Made by a program: the position numbers and the translations under genes
Part shown: in pieces, positions 26,345 to 40,800 of the stretch
Position numbering within the stretch: position 1 is the first letter of the stretch
Layout of the letters: every line of letters starts with the position of its first letter
The notes under the pieces: generated by a model
The model's database searches: none
What the model was told of the DNA's origin: nothing
Seen by the model: only the letters and a program-made list of their open reading frames with translations
NCBI GenBank assembly: GCA_964016885.1
Contig: OZ024746.1
Coordinates: 50,034,001 to 50,098,000 of the forward strand
Length of the DNA: 64,000 nucleotides
DNA from: Eledone cirrhosa
Lineage: Eukaryota
Reading direction: 5' to 3'

Positions 26345-26531
26345 TGGATTGGCAGTATCGGTAGAGGGTCGGACGCCATGCTTTGACGCAAAGAGTTACG
26401 TCCCTTTATGATCTGAGTTCAAATCCCGTCGAGGTTAACTTTGCCTTTCATCCTTACGGGGTCGATAAAATAAAGTACCAGTAATGTACTGGGTAATTTG
26501 TTGGCCTTGTGCCAAAAGTAGAAACAATTAT
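26345..26531 (+). mobile_element. SINE S1
   Basis: Matches 9681-9874. Confidence 0.85.
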
Positions 26532-28750
26532 TTCTTCTCCACGAAAATAATGTATTTACTTATTTATTTATTTACTTGTTTATTTGTTTATTTGTTTATG
26601 TATTTATTTATTCATTTATTTATTTATTGTCATGGCTTAGCAAGGGAAGAAAGTAGAGCCACCATGACTGTCGTACAGCCACCGAAACTAGCGATGGAAG
26701 AATATCTTTAATATTCTCAGATCGGAGACCTTGACCGAATGCTGACAACAAAGGAACTCCGCCTTAGGCACCGAAGGGAATTAAATTGTGAGACGGATTA
26801 GGTAGACAACTCAAAATCTAATTTTCTTTTTATACATGCAAAATGTTACCCGAGAAAGCGAAAACGTGTTTCTGGTTTCATAGCAGAAGAACAAATTTTT
26901 TCCACCGGTCGAGTAACATTCTCAAGTGTTTTGGTTCCTGTATTTAGAGATACATACAACTCGTATCCCTCAAAAATCTGTCGATGAAAATTTGAACGTT
27001 TTTCATATATATATATACACAACAATTCTCTTTTACCTGTTTACAAATACAGACAAATACAAGTAAATGGGGAGTATCCACTTGTGTGATATAGCAACAA
27101 AATAGCCCTCAAATCACACCCAACGTATTTAAAAAAGTAAAGACGCGTTGAACCTTAATTTTACAAAAAGGCATGATCACAACTGAAATGCTTTTCACTA
27201 TATACCCATCTGTTTATCGGAACTGACTTTATGCTAAACAACTGCAAATTTTTTATATTTTGATTAGGTACAAAGGCCATTTATTTTTAGAGTTATAAAA
27301 AAAGTAACGTTGCAATTTTTATGTCTTCCCAATGGAATAAATTGTATAAGTGAAGTCATAGGATTGCATCTAAGAACCAAAACGGCATCAATTTCTCTGT
27401 TTGTCGTGAACTTCGTTTTTATTCTATGGCAAGATACTATACGTTGCTGTAGTTAATTCCAACATGTGAAATCTGTCTACCCACCCACTCATAAATATTA
27501 CGTTGATAATAAAAAGTTTATGGAATTTATCCATAGATTATATTTCTGAGTTATTTTACTGAAAAATTTAGTTTCGAGTATATTGCATCTCACAGAGTTT
27601 TGGAGAGGTTTCGACAGTTGTTGACATTGCTACATTCTAAATGTGAAATTAGCGGTATGTAGCAGCTGTATCAACCTCTATTACATATTTATGTGAGGAC
27701 ACATGAATACCATGAACGATAATAGTAACATTTGGCTGTTTACCAGTGAAAAACTAAGGATAACAAAATATCTTTAATCTCTTCAATATAGTATGCTTAT
27801 GAAAGACAGCCCAACAAAAAACAAAATACAAAAAAAAAAAACACAAACACACACACAAACAAAACAAACAAAAAAACCCATAAAAGTAAACAAAAGATCT
27901 ATAAGCTTACGTCAGTGATTTTTGACGAGTGTCAACAATTTAGTTTGGTATTAGGGACAAAACCAAATGTAACAGGTAGAAATTTAAGAAAAACCGAAGT
28001 GTAAATTTTACCGACGAAATAATGAATCGTTTTCTAACTGGACCCCTCCAACATTTCCATAACTGGAAGGTATTTCTATTTTGTCACTCACAGTTTAACT
28101 GAGTAAAGCAATACTTTAATACAGATCATAATATTGATGTATATTCTATTTTGCATAACCCATGTTAGGTTTTTAGAGCAGAATTGAAGTCTTCGTGTCT
28201 ATATCCTGCATGAAAACATGAACTTGCCTAGTGGAATCAATATTTCTATAGTTCATTGAGAGTGAAGATACATGGCTTGTGGTTAGGGTCCTGGGCTCTT
28301 GATCGTAAGGCCCTGTGTTCGATACACCTTGCCCCAGTCCACTCAGCTGACAAAAATGAGTTGTATCTATAAGTTCAAATATTGAACATTTTCACACATA
28401 TAGTGTACACCGAATTTCCCTGGCAACTACGTTAAGGATACACGTGCCTGTAGAAATCTGGACTATTTGCGCACTTGATTTCACAAGCAGGCCGTTTCGT
28501 TGATTAAATCAACTCGAGCACTCTTCAACTTAAACGATGGAGGTTCAACATAGTCTATAGACACTACAGCCGATCTCACAAGTACAATCCCAATCGAAAA
28601 AAAATCGAAACCTTGTTGCAGACTTGATTGGCCACCAGCTTACCAAAATTTAACGACATATAAATATGTATGGTACTAAATATTTCTGTTAGCTGACAAA
28701 ACTTCGAAATCAGATAATTTCAAAGGTAGGAGAAATTAATAGCATGATTA

Positions 28751-28905
28751 AGGTGAATTGGTAGAATCGTTAGAACCTAAGATAGATACTTTGCGGTATT
28801 CGTTCGGCTCTCTGTGATCTCTGAGTTCAAATCCCAACCTAGGTTAGATTTGCCGTTCATCCTTCCAGGTTCGATAAAACGTTCCTATCCAGCACTGGGG
28901 TCAAT
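28751..28905 (+). mobile_element. Diverged S1-related SINE
   Basis: ttggtagaatcgttaga, gagttcaaatccc, gccgttcatcctt..tcgataaa. Confidence 0.65.
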
Positions 28906-30267
28906 TTTTCCTGTATACCCCCCCCCCCTTACTCTCTCTTACCCACTCTCTTTCTTTGGAAGAAATACTGCTGTGTTCTGACCTAGAGTCTCCTCCAGGT
29001 TTAAAATGTTCCCCAAACACTGTAAGTATTGACAGCACTCCTACGACTTCTTTGGGAGCTATGGGTCCATCCATCCATCTATCCATCCATACAAACATAC
29101 ATATATACAATGGCATGATTTTTAAATACCTGTTATTTTTTAAATCAAATTCCTCGAACGTAGTGCTTGCCTTTGTAAAGAAATATAACTATATAGTTGT
29201 TTTTCTCTAGAGAGAAAACCTCCAAAAGACGACTGAAAAGCATATAATCCATTGGAGATGTCAATTATTAATTAATGAACAAAAATTGCTTCTATTCAAA
29301 TTATAGTTTGGGAATAAATTACCTCTATGATAAAGTGAAATACTTTGATTAGTTTGAAGAAGTTGTAATTGAAATAATAGTTTCTTTTAAGATTTTCACA
29401 GCAATTTCTAAATCCCTTGCCATTAGTATATTATACTATACCACACGCAAGAAATGAGAAGAAAAGCAGAATTTCAATTCTGAATGAATGCATAGTTAAA
29501 TAAGAACCAATCAAAAATCCGAAGTAAAGAACATTCTATTTGCTATGATTTAACCAATACATCATGTAGTTTAAAATGATCAACCAAATGTGTGATCCGT
29601 CCTAAGAGGGTTTTCGTTCAACTCAGTAATTTTTAATCAGTAGTTTCAAATGTTAAATGAACGTCAAATGAACTAAATTATTTTGTTCCCGGACCACTCT
29701 ATCGATAATTCAAACTCTATTAGGTGATTAATCACAGAGTCGGTCACCAGTCACAAGTGAAAGTTATCGCGCTTATAGTGAACATGAAGAAATACTAGAG
29801 TGCAAAATAATTACCATAAAATAGTTTCACCCCTCTGAATCAAATTCAGTTGCGCTCGATTTTATCTTTCTTTTTAATGTGAGAGATAAAATAAGTACAG
29901 TTATTCCAGTCAACTAGTACTCTTTTCCCGCCTTGTAAAAATTAATAATAATAACATAAACTAAAGAATTACAAATGCGCCATATTTTTGAGCAAGATAA
30001 AATGAGTTTGTATATCGTTTTAAATATATTCTCAAGGTCATCATTAACCCTAGAGACTTGTGGACAAATAACAACAACAACTAGGAGTGAAAACATGCTG
30101 TCTGCTTTGACTTTTCGAGATCTTGTCACTATTGTGTTATAAACATAAGACATGTTGCTATTTTACTTAGGCTTGAGATAATGAGATTGTGTGAGATGTA
30201 TACATTGTCATTAGTAACTTTTAATTAAGTAAAATGTTAAACCTTGAAGATCTTGCCATATAATAGA

Positions 30268-30358
30268 TAATTGTTTCTACTTTTGGCACAAGGCCAGCAA
30301 TTAACCAGTGTATTACTGGTACTTTATTTTATCGACCCCGTAAGGATGAAAGGCAAAG
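30268..30358 (-). mobile_element. Partial SINE S1
   Basis: Tail and core in reverse complement. Confidence 0.75.
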
Positions 30359-30380
30359 TATAGTGACACAGCGAGAGAGA

Positions 30381-30458
<78 letters not shown>

Positions 30459-30749
30459 TACTTATTCTTGTATCAATTAAACAACAACAACATAAATTCA
30501 ATGAGCTAACATGGGAGCGTCTACGCAATGGCCCGACCTGTCAAATATCACTCGAGTCAACCACTACTGTCCTAAAAAAGTGGGCATTGTATAATATAAT
30601 CCTAGTACTGTTAAAAGTGGCTAAATAATAAAAACAACATAGATTCTAACACCAGAAAAGCATGAATGAAGATATAATATTCCTATTGACAAATATATGA
30701 AGTTTTCCTCATCAAAGTTGAGTCGTTTAAATAGCAAAGTTTGAATATA

Positions 30750-31074
30750 CAGTTGACCCCTCGTATTCGCGGGGGTTACGTTCCTAGAGCACCCAAGAAG
30801 AGTGGACGTGGTCCATAAAAATGCCTATAAACGTCAAAATATAACGTAAAATATAAACTGCAAATACGGTATATTGTTATTAATAATTTAGTGTTAAAAA
30901 GCGTGAAAAAATATATATTGCCACGAAAAAAGCCATTAAATAATCGTGGAAGATATTTACGATTGTGCGAATATGCGGTGGTATCCACGAACAATTATTA
31001 GTTATGTTCTAAGGAAAATTCAGCGAATGAATGGGACCGCCAATGGTGGGACCGCGAATTCCGGTGGTACACTG
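30750..31074. mobile_element. pogo/Tigger-like MITE
   Basis: TA|CAGTTGACCCCTCGTATTCGCGG ... CCGCGAATTCCGGTGGTACACTG|TA: imperfect TIRs and TA target duplication. Confidence 0.7.
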
Positions 31075-31126
31075 TATTGGAATTAGGACAATTAACATTA
31101 TATACGATGTTCAATAAAAATTGTTA

Positions 31127-31285
31127 TAATTGTTTCTACTTTTGGCATAAGGCCAGCAATTATTCCAGTGTATTACTGGTACTTTATTTTATCGAAACCG
31201 TAAAGATGAAAGGCAAAGTTAACCTCGGCGGGATTTGAACTCAGACCATAAAGGGCCGTAACTCTTTGCTGCAAAGCATGGCGTC
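31127..31285 (-). mobile_element. SINE S1
   Basis: Reverse complement match. Confidence 0.8.
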
Positions 31286-31704
31286 TACAACAGCATACCT
31301 TGAATTCTTAGACAAGGACAAGGGTTTATGTAATATACAAATTATTATGTCAATTCGTGATTAATCCTTCCGTTATCAGGTCACTAGTTACGAAATTCTT
31401 TGTGATTGTTTGAGGTACATATACTCTAATGGAAATCAATTACGGATATTCATCATTTTTCCAATTTACAGGAAAAGACGTTAATCTAACATGTTTATAT
31501 ATTTACATACTCAATGTATATATTTCTATAAACATTTACGCAGACTTGGTTAAACTCTATACAGTATACGCGAAGATATAACTTTAACGTATATTTCAAC
31601 AGTATGTGCGTGTGTGTGTATGCAGGGTACACAACAGCATTCTCATATATATTGTCTATACTGGTAATGAAAGTATGTATACAGTTTTTTGGGACACCCT
31701 GTAC

Positions 31705-31730
<26 letters not shown>

Positions 31731-31739
<9 letters not shown>

Positions 31740-32556
31740 ATATGGGTGAGTAGAATACTGCTGGTTGCACATGGATAACATGTTATAAAATGAGTCCCTC
31801 ATCAGTGATTTACCAAACGATCATGGGTATTTCATCGCATTAAAAATCATATACCTCACGTTGGAGCGATAATAACTAAAATAAGTTATTAGGACAAAAG
31901 AAACGCGTAAAGCGAGTGAGACAAGTAAACAACACAGGGGGAAGCTAACCGAAGATGGAAATAAACACAAGCAACATAGTTATTCTTTCAGCATAAGCTG
32001 TGTGAATATATGAGCGAGTCAAGAAAACAGACCTTTCGCTAGTGAATCCGGTGTTAGAAAGAATGAAAACCGTTTTCCCAGCGAACGGGAGGAAGAAAGA
32101 AGGGAGAAACAGGGACTGAGTGAGTGGGAGTGCGAGGAAGAGGTCAGTAGAGAGAAAGAGTTAACTGACGTGGCAGAGGGGACGAAAGAAAGTAAGAGAG
32201 TAAGAGAGAACGAGGGAGCAGTAAGAGTGTAAGAGAGAAACACAGAATTGCAGTTTGGGTAAATATATGAAAATATTGGTGAGTAGAATACTGCTGGTTG
32301 CACATGGATAACATGTTATAAAATGAATCCCTCATCAGTGATTTACCAAACGATCATGGGTATTTCATCGCATTAAAAATCATATACCTCACGTTGGAGC
32401 GATAATAACTAAAATAAGTTATTAGGACAAAAGAAACGCGTAAAGCGAGTGAGACAAGTAAACAACACAGGGGGAAGCTAACCGAAGATGGAAATAAACA
32501 CAAGCAACATAGTTATTCTTTCAGCATAAGCTGTGTGAATATATGAGCGAGTCAAG
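31731..32556 (-). mobile_element. Partial tandem element: ~293-bp direct repeats (31731-32023, 32263-32556; period ~533), pLTR-like
   Basis: Near-identical direct repeats in (TA)n; CTGATGA on the - strand in each, but no complete HHR fold found. Confidence 0.6.
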
Positions 32557-32569
32557 TATATATATAGTA

Positions 32570-32654
32570 ATAATTGTTTCTACTTATGGCACAAGGCCAG
32601 CAATTATCCCAGTGTATTACTGGTACTTTATTTTATCGTAAGGATGAAAGGCAA
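32570..32654 (-). mobile_element. Partial SINE S1
   Basis: Tail and partial core. Confidence 0.7.
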
Positions 32655-32670
32655 ATAATAATAATAATAA

Positions 32671-32762
<92 letters not shown>

Positions 32763-33762
32763 CATAAATATATATATATATATATAACGCATATATACAT
32801 ACATAAATACACACGCCCGAACGCACACACACACACTCACAGACACACATACACACGCGTGTGTGCGTGTGCATGAATGTGTATGGGTAGATATATACCT
32901 ATGCTGATAACTAGATTGTTATATAGGTACGCAATGCAAGATAAGCGGGACAACATGTTATGTAGATAAATAACAAGAAAAATTCACATAGACAAATGTA
33001 CACATAAACACACTGAAACAAAACTATACAGAAGAACACACACACTCACACGCAGTGTAAATGTAGTACAGTGTTTTCGCTTCTGTTTAAGTTGCCAAAT
33101 TGCTTGGTGTGCTATTTTTGAAGAATCTTACCATCTCAAGTGGTTTTAGCTTATAATACGTGACAAGCAGGTGAAACACAACCACATGCACACGTATTAA
33201 TCATCTACACATTTGCAAACACACACACACACGCACACACACTCACACACACACACACAAACACACGCATACACACACGCACACATACACACACATATAC
33301 ACACACTGACACGCACACACACACGCACGCACACACATACATATACATACATGCACATACACATATATATATATATAAATACACATGTGAACAAGAGTGG
33401 TCGACTTACGAAGTATTAAGAGATTAGGAATTTGAAAATATATTCGCCAAAATGCAGATAACTATAATTATAGTATATTTAAATATGTCTAATATATATT
33501 ATGTGTGTGTGTGTTTGTATCTGCGCGTGTCTATGTACATATGTATATATGTATGTATGTGTGTATGCATGTATATACATATATGCATGTATGTGCATGT
33601 ATATACATATATATGCACATATATGCATGTATATACATATATGCATGTATATGCATATATGTATATATATATAAATGTATAGATGCATGCAAGTATATAT
33701 GCGTGTGTCTCTGTATGTATGTATGTAGGTAGGTAGGTATGTATGTATGTAGGTAAGTACGA

Positions 33763-33794
<32 letters not shown>

Positions 33795-33872
33795 AGACGT
33801 ATGTCAGTATATGTATGTATGTACCCCAAGAAAGCAACAGCGGAACAATTAACTACACACACACGCACACAC

Positions 33873-33930
<58 letters not shown>

Positions 33931-34074
33931 ACACACGTGCATGTACGCACGCGCTCATATATATACGCGAACAATCATTCACACAAATAAACATGCACAA
34001 ATTAACAGTCATGTTTTTTTACCTAATTCTGTTCAACTCAACATCTACAAATCAATGTATCCATGCACATATGC

Positions 34075-34181
<107 letters not shown>

Positions 34182-34323
34182 ACGTTACTGGACAAGGGAG
34201 ACTACAAATCAGGGGAGTAGTGTATGGGTATAGCGAAAGGTAAACACCCGACATCGACCTCAAGCACTTTCGGCTTGTATTCAGCAAGACTTATATATGT
34301 ATGTCTGTATATATGTATGTATG

Positions 34324-34830
34324 TCACGTCACTCTCGAGTGCTACTGGTAACCAAGTACAACCTATCCCATGGTCAGGTCGCCGCCGACTAAACAGGCAA
34401 CCCCACTAAGCTTGCTTGGTGAGAAGGGTGATATCTGGACACCCTGCGGGATGAAATACAAGACCCGACAGAGGGCGGAGGAACTCAGCAGAGCCAACGG
34501 CCATCCAAATAGTACTTTTTTTTCACCTGGGAGCGAAAGGCCCCCAGTTGTTGTCACAACACTTTTCTAAGAGAGGGAAACTCTGAAAAAAAACCTGCGG
34601 CTTCGGAACCATCCGATGATGTTGACAAGTTCTCCTTTTCGTGTAGTGTTTTCGATGCTCAGAGAGTGGGATTGGTCGAGTGCAAGGCCTTAAAAAAAAC
34701 TTTCAAAGCGCAAGCATTGCTTGTTCAGGATATGTTACATGTTTGTGTGACTGGTCGTAGCCTAAAAGTGTACCATTTTCTGTAATCTGACAAGCGATTG
34801 CAATACTCTTAGCAGAGATTGCAGCCATCA
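34324..34830 (+). mobile_element. Diverged internally deleted RTE-like element in (TATG)n
   Basis: Homologous to 8098-8704 (gctactggtaac, cgactaaac.ggcaacccc, gcagcca.catg tail). Confidence 0.65.
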
Positions 34831-34844
34831 TGTGTGTATGTATG

Positions 34845-34878
<34 letters not shown>

Positions 34879-34882
34879 TGTA

Positions 34883-35410
34883 TGTTTTAGTCCTGCAGGA
34901 TGTCCAAAGTCACCCTCCTCACCAAGAAACCTTGGTGGGGTTGCCAGTTTTGTCAAAGGGCAAAGGAGCTCTTAAGAGTCAATGGCCGTCCAAAATCACG
35001 GGGAGAGATGACCCCTTAGCCTTTGTCAAGCCAGAATTCTAGGAGAAGGAAAACTCTGATATAACACCTGCAACTCTGATGGTATCCAATGATGTTGACT
35101 TGTTCTTCTTTTTGATAAATATCATCTCGGTTAAGAGAGTGGAAATGGCTTTGTGCAGTGCCTTTGCTCACTATAAAAGCTTCACGGCACAGGCATTGCT
35201 TTATATCTGGAGATCTCTCTGCACTTGTCGTCACATGGTACCATGGGCCCAGCACTATGTGTCAGTAATTGTCACAAGTGTTGTGTTTGTACCAGAGTTT
35301 TCAAGTCGCTGGCTGGACCAAAAATTCACTCGTTCAGCGCATCGGTAGGGCTTCTCCTACATGGATATAAAGTAGTGGCAGTACTCGAAAACGAGTTGGC
35401 AGCCACCATA
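34883..35410 (+). mobile_element. Internally deleted RTE-like element with a 5' inversion
   Basis: 34951-35410 matches ~8245-8704; 34883-34950 is the reverse complement of ~8173-8236. Confidence 0.75.
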
Positions 35411-35594
35411 CTTGTATGTATGTATGTTATCTATTGTTATACTTTGGGAGGGTCATGCTGCCAATAAAAACACACGCACCTCTCAGTTTTCACTTCAATT
35501 TATTATAAGTTTCCGGTTGGTTGGTTGTTCTTATTCGCAGCAAGACTCTCCCAAAGTACTTTTCAAATAAGAAATCTCGCAAAACAAATTCAGA

Positions 35595-35634
<40 letters not shown>

Positions 35635-35669
35635 CATATATATATATTTATTTATTTATATATATACAA

Positions 35670-35714
<45 letters not shown>

Positions 35715-35744
35715 ATTCGCGCAGTTAAGGGTAAAAGAAGGCAA

Positions 35745-35870
35745 GAACGTTGAATGAAAAATGGGTGGATAGCATCAAACGATGGCTCGCGACAGAGATG
35801 GATGGACGGACGTGGTACACAGCTTCACGTTCTCTCTACTCTTCTGTGTCCCCGCAGTCATGGAGAATCA
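35745..35870 (+). mobile_element. Possible RTE LINE 3' fragment
   Basis: MARDRDGWTDVV resembles the A.DR..W C-terminal motif of RTE ORFs. Confidence 0.35.
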
Positions 35871-37077
35871 AGGGGAAGGTGAAGGGAAGTGGAGTGACAC
35901 ATATAACTCATACGCTCAGAGACATATAAATATATTTATCCCGATGAATGTACGTGCTCGCACACACACATCAATATCGGCACACACAACATACACACAG
36001 GTACGGATACATGACTATGCTTGTGCTCAAACATTTACTCATAAGCAGTAAAATCATATAACTTCAAGCAAATACATGCACGCCTTCCAGCACATACACA
36101 CACAAGCGCATACACACACACACACACACACGCACGTACACACACACACACGTACACACACACACGCACACATACACATACAAACGCATATGCACACACG
36201 CACACACGCACACACGCACACACGCACACACACACGCACACACGCACACACACACACACGCACACACACACAAATACGATTTATACACGTCAAGCTAGTA
36301 TGTAGAAGAAGCTTTACACATATAGATACATACTGGCAAAGTTATATCGATATAAAGACAGGTGCACGCAAGCATACAAACACACACGCACATCGAAACA
36401 TTTCCTTAAATACACATGCGCACAAATACAGACTCACCACCACCCCTCACTTACTCACATTTATTATCTACATATCTCTGATGTAATTCTATATTTATAC
36501 CTTACAGCTATAAGCCTAAATATTTGTACAGAAGGGCAATTCATATACAAATATGCTACGTTCTATTTAGAAACTTATACTGAAAAATCGTATTCATGCT
36601 TGCATACAGCATCTGAGAAAACAGCAGCTAGCAGAGGGAACTTTTACATGATTGCTCACCTTGTTAGAGATAGTAATCAAATCTATATAAAATCACACCT
36701 TGTCCTCTTAATAAAAGAAAGACATGCTGAATAATTTCGTTCTAGATACATTATCTCTAAAACACATACAAATAAAAACACTAAAATAAAAAAAAGAACC
36801 AAATGGTAATAACTATAACGCCTTTGATAACATGTCTTTACTATCAGTGCTTTCCTGGGGCTAAACAAAACACAAATAGTGACAACATGGAGTGAAAGTC
36901 CTCTTTTGCACACATTCGTACACATGTACATAAATGAGCGAACACTCAGAAATACACATACATAACTGGATTTAAAGATTCTTACATACATGATACACAA
37001 TTACTTGTATATGCATGTATATACACAATATATATACAGAATTAACATTTAGACTTGAGATAGACAGTAAAAAAAAA

Positions 37078-37258
37078 GCAGTATCGGTAGAGGGTCGGAC
37101 GCCATGCTTTATAGCAAAGAGTTACGGCCCTTTAAGGTCTGAGTTCAAATCCCGGCGAGGTTAACTTTGCCTTTCATCCGTACGGGGTCGATAAAATAAA
37201 GTACCAGTAATGCACTGGGATAATTGCTGGCCTTGAGCCAAAAGTAGAAACAATTATT
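37078..37258 (+). mobile_element. SINE S1
   Basis: Matches 9681-9874. Confidence 0.85.
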
Positions 37259-37887
37259 TAAGTAATTTCGTTGCCAAATAAAAGTACAGTATGCTAATTA
37301 GACTGAAGCGTTCTGTTAGGTTTTAGTTTGTGTTTAACATATATAGCAATTGCTAGATGTTCTCTTCGTAGGCGGTAGCATAAGTTTTCTGATGAACAGT
37401 CAACTAGCTGTGAAACATGTTAACACAATCTAATGATTTTTTTTTGTGTTCGAAGAGAATGTGTATATACTTTTCTCTTTTCATATTGAGGCGTATAATG
37501 AAATTTTTGAAGCGAATAATTATCTGAAATACAGTAATCTGAAATAGTAAGGGAGGGAATTAGATTTGTAAAAAGACCTGATCTGACAGAGGTTGAGGTT
37601 TCTTACCCAGGTGCGTCTGGGTTACTCGCGATTTATACTATATCTTGTTTTAATTATGGTGGATTTTATAGAATCTTATATATACTCTATGTTTAACTTA
37701 CATAAAATTGTTAATATGTATATTGTAGAATTTTGCCTTAGCCATCACAACACGGTTCAGTAACCCTGAGGTATTGTGATATTTTTTCTATACATGTGTC
37801 CCTGTGGCCAATATAGTAGTAGTAGTAGTAGTAGTAGTAATAATAATAATAATAATAATAACAATAATAATAATAATAATAATAATA

Positions 37888-40800
37888 GGGGAAGAAGACG
37901 CACATGGTGGATAGAAAGTCGTGAAATCGCTCCCGTAAATTTTGATTTTTTTAACATATTTAAATCAATTGTCAAATAACAATTCTTAGTACAAATGATA
38001 CATAAAACATCCGGCTTGAGTCCCAAAAAATTTCGGATCCATAATATATTGTTATATCGCTCAAATATTCAATTTTGTATTATACATTTTATATTCAAAA
38101 AAAGAAAATGGTTATAAATGGAAGAAAACCCCCTCTGTCTACACTATATAGAACAGCCAAATAACAGCAATTTCACCAACATCAGAAACTAGATACACCA
38201 CCTACCCCATCACCCCTCTGTGTACACTAAACACAACAGCCAGATAACGGCAATTTCACCACCACCACCACCAATCTCAGCATAATAATAATAATTACTA
38301 TTATTAATGCCTCAAGTTTTAGTTTTAACAAAATGTTTAATTCCAATATTAAGAAAATATGTCAACACATATACGCGACTAACGATAATTTCACTAAAGA
38401 TAATTTCACCACCAACACCACCACCACTACCACGATGAAAACTCTGGTCAAGTCGACTTAAATTTCTACTCCAACTTCCACACCATCACTACAGTAATAC
38501 GACCACATCACCGCCACCACTGCCTCATTATCGCTACCGCCGCTATTCTCTCCCACTACCTCCTGCTAGTTGCTGCTAGCACAGCACCGCCACCACCACC
38601 ACCACCACCACTGCCTCATTATCACTACCGCCGCTATTCTCTCCCACTAGCCGCTGCTACATTGTAGAATTCTCACTAAAAGAGGAAGGCACCAAAATAT
38701 ATAAATAGACTGAATTGATGAGCCGGTCAAATCAAAAAAACAAAAATCAAAATCAAAGCAGCACAGCAACAACGAAAAACGTAAAGAAAATAAAAATGAA
38801 GAGCCAGTGCTCCCTGGCTCAGCAGCAGGGACCTGGCTGTCAACCAAATACTGCTGGTGTCGGAGGAAGAAGAAGAAGGAAAGGGACCAGAACCAACTGG
38901 ACGAAAGAATTGAATAGAACTGTTATGCAATGTTACCTGAAGAGTAACCCCAAGGAGAAAGGCTATAGGAAACGGTTGCATAACATCTGGAACGAGATTG
39001 GTCTATTTAAATTAGATGATCAAAAATTGGCCGGGAAGGCTCGGGTAATAAGAACTAATGGGTGGATAAGCGAGCTGGAACTGGAGGAACTGAGCAGACA
39101 GATTAGCTTGGAGATGGAGAGTGGAGTATGCCAGGCAAACGAGCCAGTGGGAAATGAAGGTGAAGAGGTCGAGAGAACGGAGGAACCACCCGAAGCAGAC
39201 AATGATCTGAATGCTGTGATAAATAGTACCTGGAACAGAGATACGGCCACTGAGGAGATGAAGGCTGACGGGCTAGGACACGATTTGGTTGATATCCTAA
39301 ACTTAGTGGTAGATGAATTGAACAATGATAGTGGGAGACCTATGAACCTAAGTTTTGTAGACAGGAAAAATTTAAAAGAAACAAGAGCTAAGGTAAACAA
39401 AGTCATCCCATACCTTGAGGCGAGGAGCCTTCACCAGTGCAAAAATATCCTCAAAGCAACAGCAAATACGGTGAAGAAACTACTTGGTATAAAAGCTAGA
39501 GGAAACAACAGACAAGAAAGAGCAGAGCCTTGGTGGAAGAAACGACTGAGTGGTCAAATCAGGGAAATGATAAATGACATTGGAAAGCTTGAGTCCCTAC
39601 TGAATGGGACACTAAAAATAGACTGGAAATAAAGTACAAAACTAGGAGGAAAAAGCTAAATATTATCATAGAGGAACTGAAGCAACGCATTGTAGCAAAG
39701 AGTGCAAAAATCAGGCGATACGAGAACAGAGTCAGTCAGTATAGACAGAACCGCATGTTCGACAACAACCAGAAGATGTTGTTTGGACAGCTTGAAGGGA
39801 AAGAAAGAGGCAACGACTTGATCCCTGAGGCGGAACAAACTAAAACATACTGGAGAGGAATATGGGAGCAGGATGTTAAACATAATGACCAGGCAGTGTG
39901 GATTGAGACAGTACAGAAGGAGATTAGTGAACAGGCACACCAACAAACTGATTTGAGTATCACAGTTGAAACTCTTAAGGGGCAGGCCAAAAAACTAACA
40001 AACTGGAAATCACCAAGCCCAGATGGTGTGCAGGGGTATTGGATTAAAAATATAACATCCCTCCACCCGAAACTTACAACCATGTTCAATGACTGCTTGA
40101 TGTCAGGTGAGGTACCAGAGTGGTTGACAAAAGGTACCACAGATAATGAAAGACCGAATCAAGGGTAATGATGTTACCAACTATAGACCTATCACATGTT
40201 TGTCCGTAATGTGGAAACTGTTGACAAGCATTATGTCTGAGGAAATCTACCATCACCTCCACACAAACAACTTGTTACCGGACGAACAGAAAGGATGCCG
40301 AAAGAAGTCACGTGGTACAAAGGACCAGTTACTTATTGATAAGATGGTAATGAGGAATTACAAGAGGAGACACACCGGTCTTGCCATGGGATGGATAGAC
40401 TACAAAAAGGCATTTGACATGGTGCCTCATTCTTGGATCACCAAAAGCCTGGAGATCTTCAAGGTGGCAGATAACACCAGACAGTTGTTGGGCAAAAGTA
40501 TGAAGTCCTGGGAAACAGAGTTAACATCAAGTGGAGAATCCTTGGGAAGCGTGAAGATCAAGAGAGGTATCTTCCAGGGAGATAGTCTGTCCCCTCTGTT
40601 GTTTGTCCTTGCCCTGATGCCCCTGACCAGTGTACTGCAAAAATTGAGAGCAGGATACAGGTTGGGAAAGGGAGGGCTTACCATCAATCACCTCCTCTTC
40701 ATGGACGATCTTAAGCTCTTCGGGAAGAGTGAGAAGGAGTTGGATGTGCTTGTTGACACTGTCCGTATTTTCAGCAATGATATATGTATGCAATTTGGTA

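Noticed and set aside
31623-31703. Mariner-like MITE
   Set aside because: Only one convincing TIR (CAGGGTGTCCCAAAA on the - strand)
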